A stretch of DNA of 64,000 nucleotides, from the NCBI RefSeq assembly GCF_009834535.1, contig NC_045697.1:2978001-3042000 (forward strand). Direction: 5' to 3'. This document shows positions 50,438 to 60,891 of the stretch, one piece after another. The notes under the pieces are model-generated. The model saw nothing but the letters and a program-made list of their open reading frames with translations, did no database searches and was not told where the DNA came from. Origin of the DNA: Camelus ferus (Eukaryota). The position numbers and the translations under genes were made by a program. The first letter of the stretch is position 1. Each line of letters begins with the position of its first letter.

Positions 50438-53400
50438 TAAACTCCGAAGCAGGGGAGCCTACCCTGCTGTGACCAGAGGCTTTCTGAGAAGGTGGCCTTT
50501 GTTCAGAAACTTGAAACAGGTTTCAGTAAGTGGGCGTTGAAGGGAGCAAAGACTGGACACCTCTGGCCTGTGCTAGGGGCAGCTGCCATCCACATGTGAG
50601 TGGACAGGGGGCTGCTGTGTGGGGGCAGGGAACAGAAGTGAAAAAGCCAGGTGGCAGAGCCAGGCCAGGGAGCTCCCACTGCATCCTGGAGGCAATGAGG
50701 AGCCATAGATGGCTATTGGGTGAGGTAGTGCCGAGGCGGGTAGGGAGAGCTAGGAACACAAGCCTGAGCAGTGCGGTCTGCCTGGCAGGTGGTGGTGGCT
50801 GGGGGTGGCAAGCAGCCCCTCTTCCGTAGGGTGGGACGCCGCGGCTGGTCACCTTTGTGGGCTGCCTTCCCTGGGGGGTGGACCGTGGCTGGCTGCTCCC
50901 ATGGCGTCAAGCCTGGTGCCAGGGCCCTGAGCTTCCCTCTTCCGCTCTCCGGCCTGAGCCTGTTGCTTAGCAACAGGATAAGCGCTCCTTGCTGGATGTC
51001 CACGCCTTCCCCGGGGAGGGACACACCACTCCTTCCGGGTGGCCAGCCCCTCTGTTCACAACGGAGCATTCCAGGCTGCTGCTGCCCTGGACTGCCTCCC
51101 CCCCTGCCCTGGGGCGAGGGTCTTCTCCCGGAGAGCCCCCTTTGCTCCTGTTCAGGCTCCCCTTTCCAGGGCTCCTCCCTGACTCTCCAGCTCTGAACAG
51201 GTCACAGGGCTCAGAGAGGCCCAGCACCATGCCAGTCCGTGGCAGCGAGAGTGGACCCTGCCACGCACCACCTGTGGGCCCTAGGCAAGCTAGGTCCCCT
51301 CTCTGGTCCTTGGGAATGAAGGTGGGGTCAGCAGTGGATGTGGATGGTGGCCTGGAGGCGCAGCCTGGGGTGGGGGCAGCCGGAGCTGGGAACCTAGGGC
51401 CTTGGACGGGGAGCAGCTCTGTCCGAGATGAGGCACCCCTGTGGCCAGTGCTTGGACTTGGCTTCACCTGCTGGGGCCCAGCCCAGCCCAGCCCAGCCAG
51501 GATGGGGTCACACTCAGAACCTGGGGCGACACTTGGAGACAGGACCTGGAGGCCCACCAGAGTCGGGAAGGAAGAGGCATGGCCCTCGCACCTGAGCCCT
51601 CCGCTGGGTGTACACCAATGGGGTGGGGTCCTCAGGCCTTCCCAGATAGGTTTCACCACCTGGGCTGTGACCCTGGGAACCTCTGTGGCTTCTGCCCGAG
51701 AGAGGTTGCTGTTCAGGTACCTGGGAGTGGGGAACGGGACCTGAGCCCCAGCCCATCTCTCAGAAGTGGGATGAGCCTTGCCTACGGTGAGGCTGTGAGG
51801 TTAAAGGAGAGGGTGGCATGGACAGATGCGGAGGGGCCGGGGCCTGTGGGCGGAGCAGGCACTCGGGCTGCTCTGTGGGGTGCTGGAGCCCCCAGGAACC
51901 AACCTCTCTCCTGGCACCCCCACAACCAAAACCTCCACCACCACCGTGCTGCAGGCAGGGTCGAGTCACCAGTTCAGCATAGAGCTGAAGCATAGTGCGT
52001 GGGGTGCACTGGGACAGGTTTCATCTGTCCCGGCAGCTGCTTGCAGCTCCCCCTGCGGAGTCTGGGATGCTTGGAGAAATTGCAGGCCAAGCCCATAATG
52101 TCTAACACCTTCAAGTGTTAGAACCCAGTGTTCTTGTGTTCACCCCAGAGCCCCCCTCCGCTCCCTAACCTGGTTAGATCTGTGGGGCAGGGGGTGAGTG
52201 GGATCTGACCCTGCACCCCACCCCCACCCTGAGGTCACCACTGGGGCTGAGAGAGGCTGCCTGGCACATCCCGGGTGTCTTGCAAGTTAAGTGGCAGAGC
52301 CGGGCCTTGAACGCATGACTAGGTCTGCTAGAGGAAGGTGCACTTGAGGGGAAACAGGGAAAGTGTTTGGAAGGCTCTAGAAGGGTCCTATTAGGGGAGG
52401 GCCCCAGGCTCATTCCCTGCTGCGATGGCAGAGCCAGGCCCTGGGCTCAGGCGTGAGTGGGCTGCAGGTATGGCCCTTCCTGGTGACCTCTGCCCTAGGC
52501 AGTGGGAACACACTCTCTCAAGGACATCCCTGTCATTTGCAAAGTCATGCGAAGCTGTGCTGAGCTCCAGATGTGTTTAGAACATGCTGATTGCCGTTTC
52601 CATGACAACGGTCCTTGCACCTTGCTCTTGCCTCTGCGTTTACTGCTCGCTGTTAGTGAGACTCTGCTCAGCGTTGACCGGAACCCATAGGGGGGCTGCG
52701 GGCCAGGTGTGACGTCCATGTCCCCCCGCAGCTGCCGGTGGCAAGTCACCCGGAGCCTGTCCCCTGGGGGAGAGCACGCTGCTGACACGTAGCAGGCAGA
52801 GTGGTAAAGTATCCGCCTCTCGCGAGGTCTTCCTCCCACGACAGCAGCAGTTGTGATGAGTGTCCGGCCTCGCGTGCACTATTCTCTCTCTCACTGTTAT
52901 CAAGCCCACCCTTCTCCCCCCAGGCCTGGACCTGCCAGCTCTCCTTAGCCAGCTGCGTGAGTCTGGTACTGTTAACAGCTCCGTAAATTGTGTTCCCATT
53001 TCAGTGGGCACAGAGAGGTGAAATGACTCGGCCACAGTCACACAGCTGGTGGGGGCAGCCTGGCTCCGAGGTCCGTGCTTCCAGCCACTCCTGAGGCCTG
53101 GCTCTGACCTGAGCTGAGATCCGGAGCAGGAGCTCGGGCAGAGGGCAGAGCGTCCTGTGTCCTAGGTGTGGCACAGGCGGCCACAGAAGACCTGGGGCAG
53201 GAGGGCTTCCTGGGAGAGGCGCCCTGGCAGGCGAGCGCTCGGAGGGCGTGGCGGGTGGGGGCTCCAGCCTCTCTCATGCGGCACAGTGAGTTTCAAAGTC
53301 CACCTGCCAACAGAGGAGGAAAGTGGGGCCACCCAGACCCACTGCCATCAGGCACCCTGCTGCCTGAGCCGCTCCCTCTCGGGACAGCCCCCATGGCTGT

Positions 53401-53690
53401 CAGTGTGGTCCTGTCCATCTCCGGAAGGTGGGGCCTCTGTCTCCTCATCCCAGTATCCCCCGCTCATGGTCCAGGCTGCATGCAGTCGTCGCTCAGTGCG
53501 TGCAGGAATGAGCCCCATGTGTCTTCTACATGCTCACACTGGCAGTCGTGTATCAGGGTCCTTTAACAGCTCCTGGCCGGACGGCCCACCCTGTCCTGTC
53601 CCCCGGCCCACCCTAGATGCCCTTGTGGTGTCTGAGGTCCCACTCCTCTCACCCACGAGGGTGACATCTGTGCTCTGTTCTTTCTTGCAG

Positions 53691-53818
53691 GTTGCGGGGG
53701 CTGCGGTGCAGAGATCAAAAACGGCCAGTCCCTGGTGGCCTTGGACAAACACTGGCATTTGGGCTGTTTCAAGTGCAAGACAGTGCGGGAAACAACTGAA
53801 CGCGGAGTACATCAGCAA
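53691..53818 (+). CDS. ABLIM2: ABLIM2 coding exon 5 (LIM3); 128 nt as written, with an apparent 1-nt insertion at about 53782-53783
   Basis: Acceptor tttcttgcag|GT and donor CAA|gtgagt. The 5' part reads CGGCGAEIKNGQSLVALDKHWHLGCFKCKT. The 3' part reads CGKQLNAEYIS(K) only in the +1 frame. A length of 127 nt is needed to join exon 4 (phase 1) to exon 6 (phase 2). Confidence 0.93.
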
Positions 53819-54569
53819 GTGAGTGGGGGGCCAGCCTGCCGGCCCTGCCACCAGGGCTGGGGCAGGGTCCCCCGTGCCCGCCTTGTGCCCTCCACCTTTC
53901 TCCTGCCTTCCTCCTGGCTACTCCGTCTGTGTGAGGCCAGGAGCCCCATCCTGGACCGGCGCGTTTGCCCGTGGCCAGTGCCCTCTCCCTGCCAGCCTCG
54001 CTTCCTTGACGCGGTTTGCAGAGACTCCGATGCCGTTTCTGTTCACTGACACAGAGATGTTAGCGCTCCCATCTTTAACCTTGTGAAACACCTCCCCACG
54101 CCGCCTCTGGGTGTCCCCCTCCCTGTGGAATTGCCCCCTTTGCTGGTGCCCGGAGACCCTGCAGAGTAATATGTGGACATCAGCTGATGCCGGCAGTATC
54201 AGGGCAGCCCTGTCTCAGGTGTCACACGTGTAACAGCACAGCCCCACGCGCTGTCTTCTGCTCCCGCAGGCCAGCACGGTGTCCCTGACGTGTGGTCAGG
54301 AGGCGGCGGGGAGAGAGCCTTCTGGAGATCAGGGCCTGAACAGGGCAGCTGGTCTGCCAGGCAGGGGTGCATTTTAATCCCGGGATATCAGGAACCGAGA
54401 AGTGTGAGCCCCAGACAGCACAAGGGAGGGAAGAGTCGGGGGTGAGCTCAAAGGCGCAGAGAGCAGAGCAGCTCCCTCCTGCAAGTGAGGGACTTTTTTG
54501 GCAACTTCCGTCAGAGACTACACTCGCTTCTGATGCTCCGAGGGAACAGAGCCATCACAGGAGACGAAT

Positions 54570-54835
54570 GGGTTAAAAAAATACCTGCAATAAAACTGCA
54601 CAGAATGAAACACACGTACACGCATGCACACACCACAGGCACACACTCGTGCACTGTGAGACTGTGTGCCACACCGAGGGAATCTGAATCAGGTGGCTGC
54701 ATGGTCCCGTGGACCTGTGCTCGGCTGCTGTGAGATGAGACCACTGGGGGAACCTGGGAAAGCCCACGCTGGGTTTCTCTGTATCGTTTCTTTCAAGTGC
54801 ATGTGGATCTACAATCATCTCAAATAAAAACGTTG
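54570..54835 (+). mobile_element. L1 3' UTR fragment (L1MC/MD-like)
   Basis: accactgggggaacctggg..ctctgtatcgtttctt..tgcatgtggatctacaatcatctcaaataaaaa. Confidence 0.65.
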
Positions 54836-56007
54836 TCATTGAAGGCCCCCAAACCGACATGAGCCTCTGTCCAGGCTGGGTCAGGCTGAGTGAGTGTCTG
54901 GCCACTGGGGCCGGGACCTGTTGCCTCTGTCACAGTGAAGGGAAGGAGTGAGTGACACAGAAGGCAGCCTGGGGGACTGGACAGAGCACTTAAAATAAAA
55001 TAAAATCAGGCCCAGCCCCCAGCACACTGCAGCCCCGCTCACGCGCGGAGGTAGCTCACCCACGCTTAGCAGCCTCAGAACTGCCCGGATTCACGAGGAG
55101 GGTGTGGGTGTTGCCATGGGGACGTTATCGCTGCACGTCCTGGGTTTGCTGCATGTACAGCCACTTGCGGGGGCGAGGAGGGTCCCGAGGTCAGGGTCTT
55201 TGAAGGTGGGCCCTTAGGGCCCAGCTCACACACTCCCTCTCCTGTGGAAGGGAGGGTTGCTTCCTCCCTGACGCTGCAGCCCAGAGGCTGGGACCCAGCA
55301 CCAGGTCGTTCCCCTCCTGCCAGCATCTGTGTGATTCACAGTCCAGAGCTTTGAGGAAAAGAGGGCTCTAGTCTCCTGACAGCTTGAGAAATTTTACCTT
55401 CCACTGGAGGCTGTGCAAAAATCAAACCCAATCTGGGACTAACACTGCAGGCTCAGCAGTGCTGGGAGAGAGATGCCCGGGTTAATGGGTGCTCTCCGCC
55501 GCACCTCCCGCCATGCCCATCTCCTGATGGGCGGGGCCTGGGGCCAGGTGGACAGCCTTGCTTAGCGGTGACAAGGACAGTGGCCTCAGCCACTGAGTGA
55601 CAAGTGCCTGCCAAGTGCTGGGCACTGGCCACACCTGGTCTTACTTAGTTCATGCTCTTATGTCTCCCATTTTACAGGTGGGGAAGCTGAGGCCCCGACA
55701 GGTGAAGTGACCGCTGGGACTGGGCACTTGAGTGCAAGCCTGTGCACCTCACTGCTGCCCGCCAGCGCCTCCCCACGTGGAGCGGTAGCACTACCGCGGA
55801 GCCCTCCTGCCCCGCGCTCACTGCCACTTGTCCTGCTGACCTCAGAATGATGATGCCAGTTGACTTTTAATGAGTTCCCACATTGCCAAATACCTTACAG
55901 GCCTTGCGTCTGCATTACCTTCCGTCAGCCAACCTGCAGACCAGCTGTTTCCTTGCAGTTCAGTTAATGTGGTTCAACACTGAAGCAACCAGCCCACGGC
56001 TGCCCAG

Positions 56008-56242
56008 TGTCGACTGAAATAAAGTGCCCAACCTAAAAGCTGAGAGTTATGTTTTACTGAGCAGACTTCCTGAGGACTCGAGCCCGGGACACAGCCTCTC
56101 AGGCTGCTGTAAGAGACTGTTCCAAAGCGGCAAGGGAGAAGCCAGGATATGTAGGCATTTTTGCAACGTAGACCAGGTAGTCGGAACATCAAAAGATTAC
56201 TTTTCATTAAAGAAAACCCGATGTCTCAAGTTAAGGAATTTG
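56008..56242 (-). mobile_element. ERV1-type LTR fragment (MER41-like artiodactyl family), antisense
   Basis: tgtcgactgaaataaagtgcccaacctaaaagctgagagttatgtttta..gagactgttccaaag..gaacatcaaaagattac..tctcaagttaaggaattt. Minus strand ends ...tcgaCA. Confidence 0.7.
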
Positions 56243-56500
56243 GTAAACCTCAGTTTCTCCACTTGTGAAATGGGATGGTCTTTGCGGTGTTTCTTGTGGG
56301 GCTGCTGTGATGGTGGAGGCGGCCCTGCTGGCACCTCTGAGTCCCCAGTACATGCTGTCTGAGGGTCGTGGTGTTAGCTGGAGCAGGGGAAGTGGGTTTT
56401 TCCCCCTTGGACATGGCCCTTCCCACTGGGGAGGGCTGTCGTCAGAGCTTGCGGGTCCTCAGGTGCCACCCACCTGTCCTGACTGCCGGCTTTGTTGCAG

Positions 56501-56594
56501 GGATGGGCTGCCCTACTGTGAGGCCGACTATCACACCAAGTTCGGGATCCGCTGTGACGGCTGCGAGAAGTACATCACGGGGCACGTGCTGGAG
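56501..56594 (+). CDS. ABLIM2: ABLIM2 coding exon 6 (94 nt, phase 2/0): end of LIM3 and start of LIM4
   Basis: Acceptor tttgttgcag|G and donor GAG|gtaagc. Translates DGLPYCEADYHTKFGIRCDGCEKYITGHVLE. Confidence 0.96.
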
Positions 56595-56606
56595 GTAAGC
56601 GCAGCC

Positions 56607-57218
56607 CAGAAAGAATTCAGAGACGAGACGCAGAGGTTAAGAAAGTAAAGTGGGAATTTAGTAAGGGGTGGATAGGACACTCTAAAGCGGAGACCAGGCA
56701 GGCTCAGGTGAGCCGGTGCCCTGAGTTTCTCTGGCAAGTTGGTTACATAGGGTGTAAAAATGAATGGACAGAATATTCATTGGGGAGGGAGGGGTTTGGG
56801 GTCGTATTTTCTGATTTTCATCCCAGCTCCACCTTCCCAAAGGAAGGAGGGATTTTTGTCCTTATTTAGTCTGGATCAGAAGTGTCATGGCGTCGGTGCA
56901 AGCTGGGTACGTCTAATCTGCAAGGCTAATTTTATTGAAATGAGAGCATAATGAGCAAAAGGTTATATTCGGACACTGGAGATTCCTGCCTTTTCCCACC
57001 TTTCTTTGTCGACCTCCAGGCCTCTCGTCACCCCAAAAAGTGTGGCCACTTATCAGCCCAGAGGTTCCTGCTTTTGTTTCTCTGCCCAGGGACCCTGCTG
57101 TTTACCTGACCTGTGGTTTCCTGCATTTGGCCTGCGCCCCTCCTTTCTGCCCAATTCCTGCTGTTTGGCCTGTGTCCTCCTTTCTCTGCTCACATCTAGC
57201 TGTCTGCCTGCTCCAACA
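56607..57218 (-). mobile_element. Camelid ERV solo LTR, antisense, left (U5) end apparently missing
   Basis: Minus strand begins TGttggagcaggcagacagctagatg at 57218. It has CCAAT (56783-56779), a TATA-like ctatgtaa (56750-56743) and a tandem U3 motif (cctgc..tttggcctg x2). Matches a recalled camelid LTR (cagaaagaattcagagac..gcagaggttaagaaagtaaag). Confidence 0.75.
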
Positions 57219-58754
57219 AGAAGGGGACCCTCGGGGTGTCTGACATGCGTGTTTGTGCAGGAATCTGCGTGCCTGAGCCTTTGCTCCCCCTTCCTCCCAG
57301 CTCTGCTAGAGGACACCTTCCTCAGCTGTCTAGGGCCTGCTCAGTGAGTGCCACCTCCTCCAGGAAGCCTCCCGTGACACTCTCTCACCTGTGCTCTCTG
57401 CACATTGACAGAGTGGTAGGAAGGACTTGAGATCCTCGGCTCAGCCCTTCTGCGTCCAGCTGGGGAGTCTGAGGCTCGGAGGGTGTAACAGTGAGCCTGG
57501 GAGGCAGGACCGGCCCCGCAGGCAGGCCGGGCCAAACGTGTTTCCAGGGTCGGGGGCCTCTGGGTGCTGACCTGTGCGTTTCTTGATCTGGGTAGTAGTT
57601 GCACGGGTGTGTCCCTTTATGAAAATAACATGTATTGTGAGCTTTTCTACATTTGTTTGGTAAGATCAATCCCATGGGATGACCAGGACCAAACCCCACC
57701 AACCCGATTCTTGGTCCCAGCCGGCCCCTTCACCCTGCTCTGCAGCCCCCTCTGGGCTCTGTGCTGGGGCAGGTGGATGGACCATCCCTAGGCCAGCCCG
57801 TGGCCTGTAGGGGAGGACACAGGTGACTAGAGGACCTGGCAGAGCACTGGGAGGGGAGGGGCCCTGATCCAGTCAAGGGGCCTAGGAGCCTTTTCCAAGG
57901 AGGTCACAGAAGCAGCCTCTGGGGGTGGGAAGACAGGTTGGGAGGTGAGGCTGCAGGACCCTCCAGCCACCCTCCCTGACAAAGGCTTCTGAGCCCAGGA
58001 AAGCCTGGGTGGGATTTGCATTTTTAAAAAGTCCCTCAGATTGCTGCTGAGGCCTGACTGGAGGCCAGCCAGGAAGGGATGGGCATTCCTGCACCTCTCA
58101 GGGCTCCTGCCCCACAGCTGGAGCCCAGCCTGCAGCGGGGCCCAGACGCCTTGGTGGAGCTGCACGCTGGGCACTGAGCTGCTTTTCTGGAAATTACACT
58201 CGACATCAGAGCAGGAGGGACAGCGTTGCACCGGGGCCTTAGCTCTGGGGAGGCAGAGAGGGAAAAGGAGTGGGCACCCCATCCAGAGGGCCGTGTTGCC
58301 CTCCCTGCCATCTCCCTCATTCCCCGGCCACCATGGCGGGCATGGTCCCCAGGCTCTGTGTGGAGCTGTGCCCTCCTCTGCCCAAAGGCCTCCATGGATG
58401 GGTGTGATTACACGCTCATTGATTGAAGAGAGCCCCATCATAGAATGGGTCAGAACCCTCCTCAGGAAGCCAGCGGGACATGTGTGAGGTGTCCCTCAGC
58501 TCAGTGCTGGCCCCGGAGTAGCCGGCGGGGTGCACTGTTGTCATCAGGCCGTCAGCGGGCCTCCCCTGATGGACCGGATCGGGAGGGTGGGGGGACCCCG
58601 TCTGCAGGGTAAGCATCCCCAGTACTGAATGCTGGGCTGGGCAGGGCCAAATACAGACTTCGGGGGTTTGGAGCCGTGAATGGCCCCCCCGCTGCGCTCT
58701 GGTTAATTGACAGGAAGGGACTGCCTGAATGGCCAGGAGCAGGAGAAAAGCAGG

Positions 58755-59040
58755 TCTGCGGCGGGAGGGGGGGGGATACAAAGAGCCTCCCAGGGAAGAT
58801 TAACGCGCTTGTTTTCGCCTCTGCCGGCAAGTTCCGTGGTGTGCGGGGAGGCTGAGTCGCGCGGGCCCTGCGCAGCTCTGAGCATCCTCACCAGCAAGGC
58901 GGCAGCTGCGGCGGGCGGGCGGCGGGCGGAGACGCGCCGGCTCCCTCCGCAGAAGGGGAGCGCCCCCCGCGGTGGCATCTCCTGAGCCCGGCCCAGAGCG
59001 TGCTGGCGCCCCGCGGGGCGGGCCGGGGCTACTGGGAGCG
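58755..59040 (+). promoter_or_regulatory. Intragenic CpG-rich island, candidate internal promoter or enhancer in intron 6
   Basis: Dense CpG (gtcgcgcggg, gcggcgggcgggcggcgggcgg, gcggggcgggcc) with GC boxes, set in CpG-poorer flanks. No repeat recognised. Confidence 0.6.
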
Positions 59041-60713
59041 GCAGGAGGCAGGTGATGGGACCTGGAAAAGAAGGAAAAGGATCCAGACCACTGGCTGAAG
59101 GGTGAAGGTGTCCATCCTCACCATCACGCTGCCCGTTCCTGCCAGCCTGTTCTGGAAAGGGGCACTGGACAGGGTTCGAGGGGCCGACCCGTAGGACTGG
59201 ACTCTGGTGCCAGGACCCCGTGCAGGTAGGAAGCTCCTGGGTCTGACAAGGAGCCACGCAGGCTGCAGGTGGGTAGGCTTGCCCGGAGCTGGCCGATCAG
59301 CCAGAAGGGAGAACCCCAGGCGCCTGTCACCCACCTCGTCTTGCCCTGCAAGATGCTTTCCTCTCCGGAGCCCAAGTAGGAGAGCAGCCGGGCCCCCTCC
59401 CCCGCCCCCTGCAGGAGCCCTCAATCTGTGCCGCGTCTGCCTCTGCGTGTGCTGGGCCCAGTGCCACCTTCTGCTGGGCGCCAGCCGCCAGCCACCTTGC
59501 CGGCTGCCTGAGAAATGCGCATTTGGTGGTGGTGGTGCGGTTCCCCCCACCCCCGCCCCGCTCCCCCCACCCAGTCATTCCTAAATATTTAGCATCCTCT
59601 ACCTCGAGCTTTCCTGCTTCCCATGGATCTGGGGTGATTACCTGGATGAGCCTGCTCTGTGCTGGGTGTGGAGGAGCGTCCTGGGTCTGGAGGGGACCTG
59701 GGAGGGGCTGACATCGGCCCCCCACCCCGTTGCCGAGACAGATGGCTAGGCATGTGGGGAGAGCCGAGGTGGGTGGCTGGGAGCAGCCCTGCTGCAGAGC
59801 TGGCTCCGGGGGATGGCGTTGCTCTCAGAGAGAGCTGGAAGGTGGCTTGGTGAATTGCTGGGGGACGGTGGTTTAGTGGGACCCACTAGACCAGAGTTTG
59901 ATAAGGGGGAGGATGTGTTGAGTGAGGGGGAGTCCCTGGCTCAGGCCCTGCCACCACCTTGTTCTCTACTTGTTCTCCCAGGATTAGCAGGACCACTTCC
60001 GGCACAGGTGGGAAGGGTGGGGTGGGGGCTGGGAGCGCTTCTGGCTCAGCCCTGCCCTCCTTAACCATGGCGGTGCCGGTGCCGCTGGCTGAGCCCACCT
60101 GCCGCCTGCAGCCTGGCTGTCTCCATGGTAACGAGAAGCCCAGGGTCCCTGAGGACCACTAATTAATGCCTTCCTCGTGTTATTCCTTCGTCTCTGCTTC
60201 CCTCCTCCAGCCTCCCTTCCTCCCTTCCTTCTGCTCCTCCTTCCTCAATCTACCACTCACCTCACAGACCCTTCCTGAGCACTCACCATGTCCCACCCTG
60301 GCCTGGAGGAGCCCTGCAGGGAGGCGGCCGCCCAGGTCCGGCGGCCAGCTGGACACTTCTCCTCCGTTTCACGTAGACCATCTCCTGCAACTCCAGGTGC
60401 TTGGTTCTTTGTTCCCTCCTTCTTCGCTCCTTCCTTTTCCCCCTTGTAAACGGGCAGGAATTTAATCACTGGGAGAAAACAAACCCTGTGTTCCAAACCA
60501 ATAAAGGTGTTTCCTAAGGACAGAAGTGAAGTCAACTGCCCAAGGCCCCAGCTTCTCTCTTTTTAGAAAAAATTTAATGAATGTGTTTATTTTAAAAACA
60601 TGCTCAGAAGAAATATCTGTTTATCATAAAATAAATCAGAAAACCATCCATAGTGAATACCATCACCCAGAAAAACTGTTAGCATTTAGATATCCTTTTA
60701 GAGTGTGCACGTA

Positions 60714-60891
60714 TACACACACAGTGAGACACACACAGACACAGAGACACACGCACAGACACAGAGACACACACAGACTCAGAGACACACACAGACACAG
60801 AGACACACACACAGACACAGAGACACACACAGACACAGAGTCACACAGACACAGAGACACTCACACAGAGACACACACAGACACACTCAGA
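60714..60891. repeat. Compound (CA)n/(CAGA) microsatellite
   Basis: Repeated cacacagacacagaga units. Confidence 0.95.

Noticed and set aside
34665..56594. Calling the whole locus a pseudogene because of the exon 5 frameshift
   Set aside because: Single lesion. All other exons, Cys/His ligands and splice sites are intact, so an error or recent allele is more parsimonious.
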